Below are positions 1 to 9,361 of a stretch of DNA of 64,000 nucleotides, piece after piece. A program made the position numbers and the translations under genes. Under the pieces are notes generated by a model. It did no database searches, was not told the DNA's origin, and worked only from the letters and a program-made list of their open reading frames with translations. Source of the stretch: a virus. Lineage: Duplodnaviria; Heunggongvirae; Uroviricota; Caudoviricetes. The stretch lies in the IMG/VR virus record IMGVR_UViG_3300035188_001315. One strand, written 5' to 3'. How positions within the stretch are numbered: the stretch's first letter is position 1; every line of letters starts with the position of its first letter.

Positions 1-221
1 AATTTTTTATCACCATACTGATAAAGTTTTCACCACTGTATAAATTAATACTACCATACAAATTAAACCAATTAATAACATAATTCATAGCAGTTGGTTC
101 ATTTGTCAAACTACTAGTAAAAATAGGTATGATAACCGATTTCAAATCGCCATCTATTTTAGCAACTTCATCAAATAAATATGTTCTCAGTGATTCAAAA
201 TCTACAAAATTATCCATAATT

Positions 222-668
222 TTACATAGATGTTTGAACAGATTTATCTGAAATATACTCAAGATACATAATCATACTGATCAAAGATCGAACACTATAT
301 TTAACTCGATTTCTTACCCAACCAATATATTTTTCATTGGTTGGATCAATAGGCAAAACTTTCATTCTACGTAGTGAAGACATCATCCGATTAATATTGT
401 AGGCATCTTGATCACTAAACACTTCTTCCACATTTTCATAAATTTTGTTTTGGAATGGGATATATCCTAATTCAGACTCCAATACCCGCAGCAATCCTTC
501 CATCACATACATTTCCAAAGATGAAATAAGATTTTTAACAGTTTTGGGTTTAGAAAAATCAGCAGTAACACAAAAACTATAGGCTTTAAAATACAATTTG
601 TCACTTAATTGTTTATTAGTCATATTTAAAATTGATTCTTTAATAACTATTGGTGTCATGATATTCAT
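222..668 (-). CDS. hypothetical protein (148 aa)
   Basis: Intact ORF at start of long minus-strand block; no recognisable motif. Confidence 0.45.
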   Translation of the reverse strand: MNIMTPIVIKESILNMTNKQLSDKLYFKAYSFCVTADFSKPKTVKNLISSLEMYVMEGLLRVLESELGYIPFQNKIYENVEEVFSDQDAYNINRMMSSLRRMKVLPIDPTNEKYIGWVRNRVKYSVRSLISMIMYLEYISDKSVQTSM

Positions 669-816
669 CCTAGAAAAGTAATATAAACATTAGGTATGAT
701 ATATTATATCACACCAAACCCATTATGTCCAGGTATTCTAAAAAAATTTATCACAAATATGATGAATTACAGGGAAATGCGTTGTATAAGTTATTGATTT
801 AATTAATATTAGATAT

Positions 817-1098
817 TCAATCAAAATGCTCATCATTTGATACTTGGTTTTTAACCCAAATATTACCAGAGGTTTTTGTATAATTATCAACTTTCAAAAA
901 ATCCATTCTTCTCTTGAACAAAGCATATTTGAGTTTTTTTCGTTCATTTACATCTTTCGAATTTAACAAATCCTCCATTAATTTTTCACAAAACCTAGCT
1001 TCTTTTTTTAAGAAACTTGTTTTTTCTTCCTCTGATTCAAATTTAACAAGATGTGTATTATTTTCAACAGATGGATCGTCATTAGTGACACTAATCAT
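817..1098 (-). CDS. hypothetical protein (93 aa)
   Basis: ORF, Lys/Glu-rich; overlapped by unlikely antisense ORF. Confidence 0.35.
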   Translation of the reverse strand: MISVTNDDPSVENNTHLVKFESEEEKTSFLKKEARFCEKLMEDLLNSKDVNERKKLKYALFKRRMDFLKVDNYTKTSGNIWVKNQVSNDEHFD

Positions 1099-1191
1099 TA
1101 TATCCTCAATGAATTCACTTCAAAAAATTAATTGAAAAATAAATATATCAATCACCTCCAAACTAAAGTCTGAAGGTGATTTTGGAAAAAA

Positions 1192-1752
1192 TTATAAAAT
1201 TCCTTCAGATTTAAGAAATTCGACATCACTATCACACAAAGTTATTTCGGTCTTAATATTAAGTGCTAGAACTTCATCATTCAATTCCAATTTTTCTTTT
1301 TTTAAATTTTTGATACTTTGGTTTGCACTCTCAACCATATCTTGAGTGATAACAGTGGTATCTACTGAATTTCGGTAACTATATGATGTTTCCACCGAAT
1401 TTTTCAATCTTTCCAACCTACCTTTGATAACTTCCATATCAGTTTCAACCGCAGAATTTGCAATTTGTTCCAATTGACCGATACGTTTATCAATATATGC
1501 GAGTCTACTCAATTTCACATTAATTTCAGAAATTGCATTTGCTTGACCAACTAAACTTCGGATATTATATAAAGTTACCAACAATTGATTTCGTCTAACA
1601 TCATCTAAAATAAAATTATTTCTAGCTTTTGAAATTAACAGTTCAGGATCTTGAAATTCCGAAATATCAATATGATTTCTAAAGTTGATGGATTTAAGAA
1701 ATTGTTGAATTGATTGTTGTAAAGCATTAGCTTTTCTTAATGTAATATTCAT
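1192..1752 (-). CDS. hypothetical coiled-coil protein
   Basis: ORF; start moved to internal Met (MNITLRK) preceded by GAGAGGAAA RBS. Confidence 0.5.
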   Translation of the reverse strand: MNITLRKANALQQSIQQFLKSINFRNHIDISEFQDPELLISKARNNFILDDVRRNQLLVTLYNIRSLVGQANAISEINVKLSRLAYIDKRIGQLEQIANSAVETDMEVIKGRLERLKNSVETSYSYRNSVDTTVITQDMVESANQSIKNLKKEKLELNDEVLALNIKTEITLCDSDVEFLKSEGIL

Positions 1753-2184
1753 TTTATTTCCTCTCAGTATTATTAAAAAAATGGATCGGCGAAAGATTAA
1801 GTGGTATGGGGACAATTAGCAAAAATCAACTATCAACATACAACATGCAAGTACTGTTTATTTTAACTCGACAAATGACAAATGTTTTTTTGAGTTAGTG
1901 ACACACAGTTTGAAAGAATTAAAATCTTTCATGCCAAGTAACAATTTTTAAAATTGTGATTTTCATACTCTCATCTCCCTTTCACTTCACCATCCTAGGC
2001 ATTTACACCTAAAACTTGTTATAAATCATAGGATTTAATTTAAAAAATAATCTGTTATTTCAAAATTATTTTTTAAATTATCTTTGATATGTTTAATTAT
2101 ACTACAAAAATAAAAAATAAATAAATTGTTTTTAAATTTTTTAAAGTATCATAACACATGAACAAAGTTAAAACAAGGTAATCT

Positions 2185-2544
2185 ATGGACTCTTATTATA
2201 CCAGACAACTCGAAGTATTGAAAAATAAACTCAACTTATCTTTCAACCAATTAGCGGAATTGTTTCAAGTCGACGAAAAAACAATTTTCACCTGGTTTTC
2301 AAACGGTTATGTTGATGATGTAAACGGAACGAAAATAAAAGTAATGACAGTGTCGTTAAATATCCTCACACCCTACGATAACTTAATTCACCACAAACTA
2401 AAAAATGTATGGAATGTCAATGTTAACGGTAAATCATTTGTGAATACTATTAACGAACATACTGATTTTTCTTCATTAGTTGAAAAAACAATAGTTAAAT
2501 TACATGAATTAATACCCCATCTAGTTAGAAAACAAAACGTGTAG
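2185..2544 (+). CDS. hypothetical protein (119 aa)
   Basis: ORF followed by hairpin terminator. Confidence 0.5.
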   Translation: MDSYYTRQLEVLKNKLNLSFNQLAELFQVDEKTIFTWFSNGYVDDVNGTKIKVMTVSLNILTPYDNLIHHKLKNVWNVNVNGKSFVNTINEHTDFSSLVEKTIVKLHELIPHLVRKQNV

Positions 2545-2551
2545 AGACAAA

Positions 2552-2582
2552 AAAAGGTTGAATTCATTCAACCTTTTTTTAA
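2552..2582 (+). terminator. rho-independent terminator
   Basis: aaggttgaattcattcaacc hairpin followed by T7 run. Confidence 0.65.
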
Positions 2583-2626
2583 AATCATTATAGACCAATA
2601 AGTTTGGTAGATGTAATACTAGTTTT

Positions 2627-2812
2627 TCATTGTTCATTTGATTCCAAATTACCAGGCTTATTCAACTCAGTATTGATCAATAGTTTTAATTTCCTAGTAG
2701 CAATACTATCGTGTCTAGCATCTTGTATCAAATCACGAAATTCTAATTCCGTAATTTTAAATGATATTTCATCTCCACCATCATATGCAATTGAAATTGC
2801 AACATTTTTCAT
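2627..2812 (-). CDS. hypothetical protein (61 aa)
   Basis: ORF with AGGGAA RBS 8 nt upstream; preferred over overlapping low-complexity plus-strand ORF. Confidence 0.4.
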   Translation of the reverse strand: MKNVAISIAYDGGDEISFKITELEFRDLIQDARHDSIATRKLKLLINTELNKPGNLESNEQ

Positions 2813-3220
2813 TTATCATTCCCTACAATCAGATTATCTTTTAAAATTTACCAAAAGTACCATTGTTCTAAGCAACAATTTCATTGACAATCACAATCAA
2901 ATAACACCATCAAAACGATAATTGTCGAAATTATTGCAACCATTACTACCCCAAACTCACTTGCTATATCAACCATACTATCCCCCAATTAAGAAAGAAA
3001 CATAAGTTCCTGTTCTTTAAACACTATTAATATTTATTCCCACTGTGTCGGAAAACCCCATTATTTAGGTTGAAATACACGGAAAGAAATTGAAATAATT
3101 AAATTATGTAACACAATTATACAAAAAACTAAGTAAAAGAAACTGTTATGCTAACCTGTCCACATTGTAATAAACAAGGTCGAGGAAACATGTCAAGATA
3201 TCATGTTGACAATTGCAAAA

Positions 3221-3252
3221 AAAAGAAAGGAGACCTAAGTCTCCTTTCTTAG
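3221..3252. terminator. bidirectional hairpin terminator
   Basis: aaggagacctaagtctcctt perfect hairpin flanked by A-run and T-rich tail. Confidence 0.55.
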
Positions 3253-3602
3253 CAATTCTAAGCTAAATCATTTTTCAACAAATTAGATATTGCTTGTACT
3301 TCAATATTTACTACACCCAATACACCTAGTGCAGCCCACCCAAAAAATACAACATTATGTTCATATAAGGTCGTTACTCTTATACCGCTTGTTAAGCTGC
3401 TTATAGTTTCCTATAAGATCGGACTATATCTTTATCCATTTCTGGATACTACCCATTTCCACTTACTTAAGTGTACTCCCTTTCGGGATAGTCTCTGAAC
3501 CTTAAACTTATTACTAAGTTTCTTGGCTGCTGATTGTCCTTTCGGATGTCCCAGCAATTAAAGTAGTTTTCATTATATTATTACTAATATAAGGAGCCTG
3601 TA

Positions 3603-4268
3603 TTATTTTGACCCATAATGTAAAGGGGCTACAAATAACTCCTCCATAAACCAGAATGTGTGTCCCCATTCATTTAATCCAACGTTTGGAAGAATCATAA
3701 ATGGACCAATTACAGATACCATGTATTGTAATGGTAAACCTTGTTGATAGGTTGGCAATCTTGTTTTAGCATATAAAAATGCAGCAACACCTGTAATAAT
3801 GTAAATTGGATAACTTAAATAAAACTCAATAACATGACTTGGTGTAAAGTCAGTATCACGGACAATCGTTTGATGCCATGTACCATCTTGTTCTGTAAAG
3901 TATGATGCACCATAATAAATCGCAATACCATACATTACCAACCAAATCCAATGTGTGAAGTGTCGTCTCAATTCCTCACGAGGAGTAATTGACATTACTT
4001 TTCGATCACGTGTCTTCCAAATATAACCCCATAATACTGAAGCAGTAATTACTTCAAGTACCATTTCAATGTAAAGGAAATTCATCCAATACGTTTCAAA
4101 CTCCGGTGCAAATGAATCTAAGCCGGCTGACCAACCATAGACTCCTTCATACCAACGAACCCAACCATAAAATACAACGTATAACGCTGCACCTGCTAAC
4201 ATAGCTTTTTTGTTTAAAAGAGAAGATTCTTTTACTTCTGCTTTTACCATTTCTACTGTTGCTGACAT
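3603..4268 (-). CDS. pmoC: ammonia/particulate methane monooxygenase subunit C family protein (PmoC/AmoC-like), C-terminally short
   Basis: Translation carries the conserved blocks WVRWYEGVYGWSAGLDSFAPEFETYWMNF, WGYIWKTRDRK, SYFTEQDGTWHQTIVRDTDFTPSHV, MILPNVGLNEWGHTFWFMEELFVAPLHYG, diagnostic of PmoC/AmoC. AGGAGA RBS 7 nt before the MSATVEMV start. Ends right after PLHYG, so the last TM helix of bacterial homologues is missing. Confidence 0.85.
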   Translation of the reverse strand: MSATVEMVKAEVKESSLLNKKAMLAGAALYVVFYGWVRWYEGVYGWSAGLDSFAPEFETYWMNFLYIEMVLEVITASVLWGYIWKTRDRKVMSITPREELRRHFTHWIWLVMYGIAIYYGASYFTEQDGTWHQTIVRDTDFTPSHVIEFYLSYPIYIITGVAAFLYAKTRLPTYQQGLPLQYMVSVIGPFMILPNVGLNEWGHTFWFMEELFVAPLHYGSK

Positions 4269-4537
4269 GTTGTTTCTCCTAATCAAGGGAAAAAATATAA
4301 ACGTAGTGTACCAACACGGCACACTTCAACTTGAGTTAAAACAGTTTATAACAAACCTTAAAACTTAGTGTTTTACTCTGTTATTATAAACTGGGAGATA
4401 TTATACAAAAAAGTTTCAAAAACAAAATATTTTTAAAAAAAAAATTTAAAAAATGTTTCTGTCTATATTTTAAAGCAAAAAAAAATGTGTTCGTTAAACG
4501 CATTTTTTTCATAAGTATATGTTATTTAAATATTATA

Positions 4538-5482
4538 TTATAATTTTAAATCTGTAGCAGATAATACCGAAACACCTGTTAATTCAATAGAAATTTCTGG
4601 ATTGGCATCAGAATTTGTACTAGCATATAAGATACTAGCATCTTCATCAAACCATACCACACCCGTCGTTTGTGTTCCAGTTGGTGCTGTTGAAGACCAT
4701 ACGAAAGCACTATCAGTTTCAACACCATTATTATCCAAAGTACCTAAAAATGCATCAATTTTAGATAAATCAATTTTATCACCTTGAGAGTGATTGAAAT
4801 CAGTAATCACATCACGAGTAGTTGGTGTTACCCCAGAAGTAATGGCATTCGAAAATACAAAGGTATCAGCACCCAAACCACCAGTTAATTTATCTAATAA
4901 CATAGTGCTTGTTAATATATCATTAGCTGCAGATGTTCTTGTGCTATATGAAACGAATGAAGATGATGAACTTTCAGATTCTGCGTAACCTAATTTATCA
5001 GTATATGACACTTTTAAATTAATATAATTGTAACCAGAAGCATAATCAGAATCCTTTACTTTATAAGTTACCTTTGTACCCAAAACATCACCAGCAGCAT
5101 TTGTCCATTGATAATTCAATGTACCCAAACCATCAGCATCCTTCAAACTTGTTAATGCTGTTAATGTATTGCCCACATTAATTGCTCCATTAATAGATAC
5201 CTTCCCAGTATGTACGCGGTTAAAAATATGAAGGGCTGTAGATTCTACAGGTGTACCATCAGTGTTAACATATAATGCCTTTACGAAAACATCTGTTTTT
5301 AAATCAGCAGCAGTTAATATATAAGAAGGGTTAGTTGATAATGATTTAGTTGTACCATTTGATGTACTAAACCATTCATAAGTAAGATTATAAATACCGT
5401 TAGTATCTGAAAGTGTGCCAGGGACTACATTTACTGTACTCCCCGATGTGAGTTTACCAGTGATTTTTAATGTTCCAACCAT
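4538..5482 (-). CDS. secreted Ig-like repeat protein with type I secretion C-terminal target domain
   Basis: Two bacterial Ig-like repeats (GxLxYxW motifs). C-terminal GGLGADTFVF ... DVITDFNHSQGDKIDLSKIDAF matches the T1SS C-terminal target/RTX-like signature. GGAGAAA RBS upstream. Confidence 0.6.
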   Translation of the reverse strand: MVGTLKITGKLTSGSTVNVVPGTLSDTNGIYNLTYEWFSTSNGTTKSLSTNPSYILTAADLKTDVFVKALYVNTDGTPVESTALHIFNRVHTGKVSINGAINVGNTLTALTSLKDADGLGTLNYQWTNAAGDVLGTKVTYKVKDSDYASGYNYINLKVSYTDKLGYAESESSSSSFVSYSTRTSAANDILTSTMLLDKLTGGLGADTFVFSNAITSGVTPTTRDVITDFNHSQGDKIDLSKIDAFLGTLDNNGVETDSAFVWSSTAPTGTQTTGVVWFDEDASILYASTNSDANPEISIELTGVSVLSATDLKL

Positions 5483-5513
5483 TTAAGTTTCTCCATTTTT
5501 ATTAATTTAATTA

Positions 5514-5894
5514 CTATTGTGAATAAGTTTCCTCGAATGCTAATCGTATTAAAGCTTTTGTATTAGGAATAATACACTTATCAAATACTTTAACAGAAGC
5601 ACACATTTGATCACACACCACAGAAAAAAATTGATCTGCAAGACCAGCATATTCTCTGGGAATACGTTCAATCCAACTGGGAGTTGGAGATGCAATAAGT
5701 TTGGTTGCATAAAACAAACATTTTAATGAAATATCTTGTGCAACTTTCTCATATTGCTGTTTAGCAGAAGGATCCTTACTCTGTCTCATTTGTTTATAAA
5801 ATAAATCCCGAGAAACTATTTCATCTCGTAATTTCTCTAAATCAAATAAAAACTTTTCTGCATTTTTTAACAACAATTTATCAGAATCATTCAT
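5514..5894 (-). CDS. hypothetical protein (126 aa)
   Basis: ORF between response regulator and T1SS-substrate genes, same strand. Confidence 0.45.
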   Translation of the reverse strand: MNDSDKLLLKNAEKFLFDLEKLRDEIVSRDLFYKQMRQSKDPSAKQQYEKVAQDISLKCLFYATKLIASPTPSWIERIPREYAGLADQFFSVVCDQMCASVKVFDKCIIPNTKALIRLAFEETYSQ

Positions 5895-6088
5895 TTTTTA
5901 CACTTTATTATTTTTTCGAATATTTATTCTATCGAATATTTTTCAAATTTGATTTCAAATGATTACATCAAAAGTACACAAAATCAGTATCCCAATAACT
6001 TTGATCAACTGTATTTAGGAGGTGATTAACACTCAACAACAATTGATACAATTTTGATGTAACCAACACCATTTTTTCTGTAAAACGA

Positions 6089-6484
6089 TTATTTACCTTC
6101 AACAACCGGTTCTTTACTATCAAAAAACTGTTGTACAACGGTAATCAAATCTCTGGGACTAAATGGTTTAGTTTTAAAAAGATTTGCACCTGCTGCAAGT
6201 CCTTTTTGAATATCATATGTGTTACCAGATATTAATATTAAAGGACAAGCTGGATTAATTTCTTTAATCATACGACATAGTTCGACACCATCATATTCTC
6301 CTGACATCATAATATCAGTAAAAACTATATCTGGATCAATCTCTTGATATTTTGAAAATCCTTCTTCAGCATTTACTGCTTCAAATAGTTGTATGTTTGG
6401 TTGACGTTTGAATGTTAAGTACATTAAATCACGAATGTTTTCACAATCGTCAACTACTAACAATTTAATGGGTTTATGTTTCAT
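6089..6484 (-). CDS. single-domain response regulator (CheY-like receiver)
   Basis: LLVVDD acidic pocket, phospho-acceptor D in FTDIMM, conserved T and K (KTKPF). Start codon 2 nt after the kinase stop, i.e. translationally coupled. Confidence 0.8.
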   Translation of the reverse strand: MKHKPIKLLVVDDCENIRDLMYLTFKRQPNIQLFEAVNAEEGFSKYQEIDPDIVFTDIMMSGEYDGVELCRMIKEINPACPLILISGNTYDIQKGLAAGANLFKTKPFSPRDLITVVQQFFDSKEPVVEGK

Positions 6485-6486
6485 AA

Positions 6487-7653
6487 CTATTTCACCGGAA
6501 ATAATAACCTAAATGTCGTTCCACAATTTTCAGGGTTTGTGTTAGTATCAACTAATAGATGACCACCGGCATCGTGTACCATACCACATACCGTAGATAA
6601 ACCTAAACCTGTACCTTCACCAATAGGTTTAGTAGTATAAAATGGATCAAATATATGTTCCAGTATATCTACAGGTATACCTGTACCATTATCTTTTACT
6701 GACAACTCAATAAACTTACTAGGAACTATATGTGTTACACATGATGTACACAAAGTTGGTTCTAATAATACTATAGATTTCAATGAAAGAGTAATGGTAC
6801 CACCTGATTTCATAGAATCTCTAGCATTCACTACTAAATTAGTAATAATTTGATGTAAATCAGTTGAATCAATACGAATATCTAATCTCAAATCAGTATC
6901 AACTTCCAAATTAAATTTACTTGTTAATGCAGGTCCAATCATAGATACAACCTCACCGATAACATCGTGAGTTGCACGTATTTCAGATGGTGCATCTGGT
7001 GGACTATGTCTAGAATAAGCCAACATTTTTTTGATGAGATTTGATGCTCGTTTTGCGGCTTTTTGAATTTCTTCCGCATTATGTAATATCTCATCTTTAA
7101 TATCGCCACATTCACAATCCTCAACAACCATAGCAGTTATATCATTATAACCTACTACACAATTCAAAATATTGTTAAAATCGTGTGCAATACCTGCAGT
7201 TAATCGACTGAGACTTTCGATTTTTTGCATTTGATTTATTTGCTTATTAAGAGTTACTAATTTAACTTTGTTTTCTTCACGTTCAGAAATATCCTCAAAC
7301 TCAGCCATATAACCAAGACAATGATTATCATTATCTCTAATAGTGGTACATCGGATAAATACAATCATATCTGCAAATTTTAAAACTGAACTTAGACATT
7401 TACTCGATGATTCGAGTAAATGTCTAAGTTTTGAAGGATCTGGATAAATATCATCAACATTCTTCCCAATAAGGTTATGTATATCAAACCAGGGAAGTCT
7501 AGCTTTGATTATTGGTTCTGCACTTTTAAATATATTAATTGCACTTTTATTAACATAGACAATATTGCGATCAACATCAGTTATTATCACACCAGTAAAT
7601 AATTTGTCTAATCCTAACTTCAATTTTATCCCAGTTGATTTGGACTGTGGCAT
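6487..7653 (-). CDS. cytoplasmic PAS-domain sensor histidine kinase
   Basis: N-terminal PAS-like region. H-box AGIAHDFNNIL, N-box NLVVNARDS, G1 DNGTGIP, G2 GTGLGLS. No TM segments. Confidence 0.8.
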   Translation of the reverse strand: MPQSKSTGIKLKLGLDKLFTGVIITDVDRNIVYVNKSAINIFKSAEPIIKARLPWFDIHNLIGKNVDDIYPDPSKLRHLLESSSKCLSSVLKFADMIVFIRCTTIRDNDNHCLGYMAEFEDISEREENKVKLVTLNKQINQMQKIESLSRLTAGIAHDFNNILNCVVGYNDITAMVVEDCECGDIKDEILHNAEEIQKAAKRASNLIKKMLAYSRHSPPDAPSEIRATHDVIGEVVSMIGPALTSKFNLEVDTDLRLDIRIDSTDLHQIITNLVVNARDSMKSGGTITLSLKSIVLLEPTLCTSCVTHIVPSKFIELSVKDNGTGIPVDILEHIFDPFYTTKPIGEGTGLGLSTVCGMVHDAGGHLLVDTNTNPENCGTTFRLLFPVK

Positions 7654-7905
7654 AACGGTTCCTACAATGTTGGCATCAATGAATATCTACTATTATTTAT
7701 ATCGACAACAATAATATTATTTTAAGGATGGTTTAAACCAAGTGATGTCATACAATATTAAAAATTAACAGGTGAAGAAATTCATACTCTCGTATATCTC
7801 TCATTTCAACATGATTGAGTATTACTATCAATTATTTTTAGATATTATACATTAAATTTTAACCAAAGTAAATTTTTTTTAAAAAATCTAAAATAAGTAC
7901 AAATG

Positions 7906-8634
7906 TTACAATTTTTTAGATGTGTCGTTAAATTCATGAAACTCACAAAGTTTAATCAACTCGGTAGCGGTTTCATTATTAAACCCTAAGAATCTAACAA
8001 GAGTATCCATGTTTTGTCTTTCTAACCTACCCAATGATTCTCGCAATTCTAGTTGCTCTTTAGCTTTTAAAAAACGCCATTTGATATGGTTGTCTGATTC
8101 TGAAATACCAACTAAATATTTTTTAGCAATATTTTCATTTTTAGTCCAGTATTCATTCTCTTTGGAATCATTAAATTCTTCAATCTGCTTAGTTTCAAGA
8201 TTGTAAACTTTCTTCTTGAACTTTTGTAACTGTTTTTTCCAGGATTTAATTGCTCTCGGACTTTGCATTTCACCACCAAAAATATATTTAAAATGAGTTT
8301 TTGCCAAAATTATTTTAAATATAAATTCATACAAACCTATTTTTATTGATTCGGTTTTTTTAATTTCTTCAATTCTCTCTTTATTGACAAACGAAGTTGT
8401 GATGAACATTTTATCATTATCCAGTCTTTTGTATTCCACATGACCTAGATATTCATTTTCCTTATCAGTTAGATAAAAAACATCATGTCCTGAATAAATT
8501 TTACAACCCAGTAACTCAATATCAGTTGAGCACAGTTCTAGTTTTTTAAATTCCGCATTAAAATCCATCTGCATAGAATTACCACCATAGTTATCAGTAA
8601 TCAACGCCATTTCTTGTAGTTGTTTTAGATTCAT
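7906..8634 (-). CDS. hypothetical protein
   Basis: ORF; second ATG chosen because of AAGGA RBS. Confidence 0.45.
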   Translation of the reverse strand: MNLKQLQEMALITDNYGGNSMQMDFNAEFKKLELCSTDIELLGCKIYSGHDVFYLTDKENEYLGHVEYKRLDNDKMFITTSFVNKERIEEIKKTESIKIGLYEFIFKIILAKTHFKYIFGGEMQSPRAIKSWKKQLQKFKKKVYNLETKQIEEFNDSKENEYWTKNENIAKKYLVGISESDNHIKWRFLKAKEQLELRESLGRLERQNMDTLVRFLGFNNETATELIKLCEFHEFNDTSKKL

Positions 8635-8671
8635 ATTTTTTCCTTTCAATTGCATTTTACATTTCTTTAGG

Positions 8672-8706
8672 AAAAAAAAATACCCACTTTTGGTGGGTAT
8701 TTTTAT
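8672..8706. terminator. bidirectional rho-independent terminator
   Basis: acccacttttggtgggt hairpin flanked by A9 and T5 runs. Confidence 0.6.
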
Positions 8707-8713
8707 GTTTTTT

Positions 8714-8784
8714 AACGGGATAGGGTATTCGAAACCCTGATAATTGAATGGAAATCAACGGTGTTACCACTACACTAATCCCAC
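8714..8784 (-). tRNA. tRNA-Gly (UCC)
   Basis: Manual cloverleaf: acceptor GTGGGAT/ATCCCGT, D stem GTGT/ACAC, anticodon loop TTTCCAT, T arm AGGGT-TTCGAAT-ACCCT. CCA not encoded. Confidence 0.65.
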
Positions 8785-8791
8785 ATTTTTG

Positions 8792-8874
8792 TGGTTAGGG
8801 TTGGATTCGAACCAACGAAGCACAGAGGCGGCGGATTTACAGTCCGCTGGAATTAACCACTCTCCCACCTAACC
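8792..8874 (-). tRNA. tRNA-Tyr (GUA), long variable arm
   Basis: Acceptor GGTTAGG/CCTAACC perfect, anticodon arm GCGGA-CTGTAAA-TCCGC, 14-nt variable arm, T arm GTTGG-TTCGAAT-CCAAC. Confidence 0.7.
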
Positions 8875-8895
8875 AATCAAATTTTATAAATTAGA

Positions 8896-9174
8896 TTATT
8901 TAGTCATTCTACTTTTAAATACCACATCCAATTTTGAATTTGTTTCTTCCGCAAATTTAGCTGCACGGTTTGCAGCTTCTTCAGCAGCTGTTGCCCGTGT
9001 TGTTGCTTCATTAGCCAATGCTTGAGCACTTTGTGCATCATGTGATGCATGTTCAACAGAAACTTTCAAATTGTCAATTTGTGATTGCAATTTCGTTACG
9101 TCACTTGTACTTGCACAACCAACAATAACTGAGGTAAATAAAAAAACTACTGCAACTTTACTTAACATTTTCAT
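8896..9174 (-). CDS. lpp-like: Braun lipoprotein (Lpp)-like small lipoprotein
   Basis: Signal peptide with lipobox IVGC. Ala-rich heptad coiled coil resembling Lpp. C-terminal Lys (the peptidoglycan-attachment position in Lpp). AGGAG RBS. Embedded in tRNA cluster. Confidence 0.6.
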   Translation of the reverse strand: MKMLSKVAVVFLFTSVIVGCASTSDVTKLQSQIDNLKVSVEHASHDAQSAQALANEATTRATAAEEAANRAAKFAEETNSKLDVVFKSRMTK

Positions 9175-9200
9175 AATAAACTCCTATATTTCAACTACGT

Positions 9201-9279
9201 ATTTGGAGCAGGACTTGGATAGATTTGAACTATCACTTTTGGAGTGGAACTCCAATGTTCTACCATTAAACTACACCTG
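9201..9279 (-). tRNA. tRNA-like element with Gly (UCC) anticodon arm, copy A, non-canonical
   Basis: D arm, anticodon arm TTGGA-GTTCCAC-TCCAA and T arm GATAG-TTCAAAT-CTATC are fine. Three extra nt lie between T stem and acceptor, with 2 acceptor mismatches. Identical copy at 10336-10414. Confidence 0.35.
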
Positions 9280-9361
9280 CATATTATACTATTTTATGAC
9301 ATCGGTGAATCAATCACTAAACGGTGATGCCATATATTAAAAACCTTACAGGTTTGTTATT

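Noticed and set aside
2604-2921. 105-aa plus-strand ORF
   Set aside because: Low-complexity hydrophobic translation with no RBS. Fully overlaps a better minus-strand ORF (2627-2812) that has an RBS.
3148-3252. 34-aa CPHC ... HVDNC zinc-ribbon-like mini-ORF ending in the terminator hairpin
   Set aside because: Weak RBS, very short, stop codon lies inside the terminator stem; not enough support to call.
3253-3602. Search for pmoA/pmoB downstream of pmoC
   Set aside because: All frames are broken by stops within 20 codons; no pmoA/pmoB-like peptide recognisable.
6939-7127. 62-aa ORF inside the histidine kinase gene
   Set aside because: Same-strand alternative frame nested in a well-supported kinase gene; basic low-complexity product.
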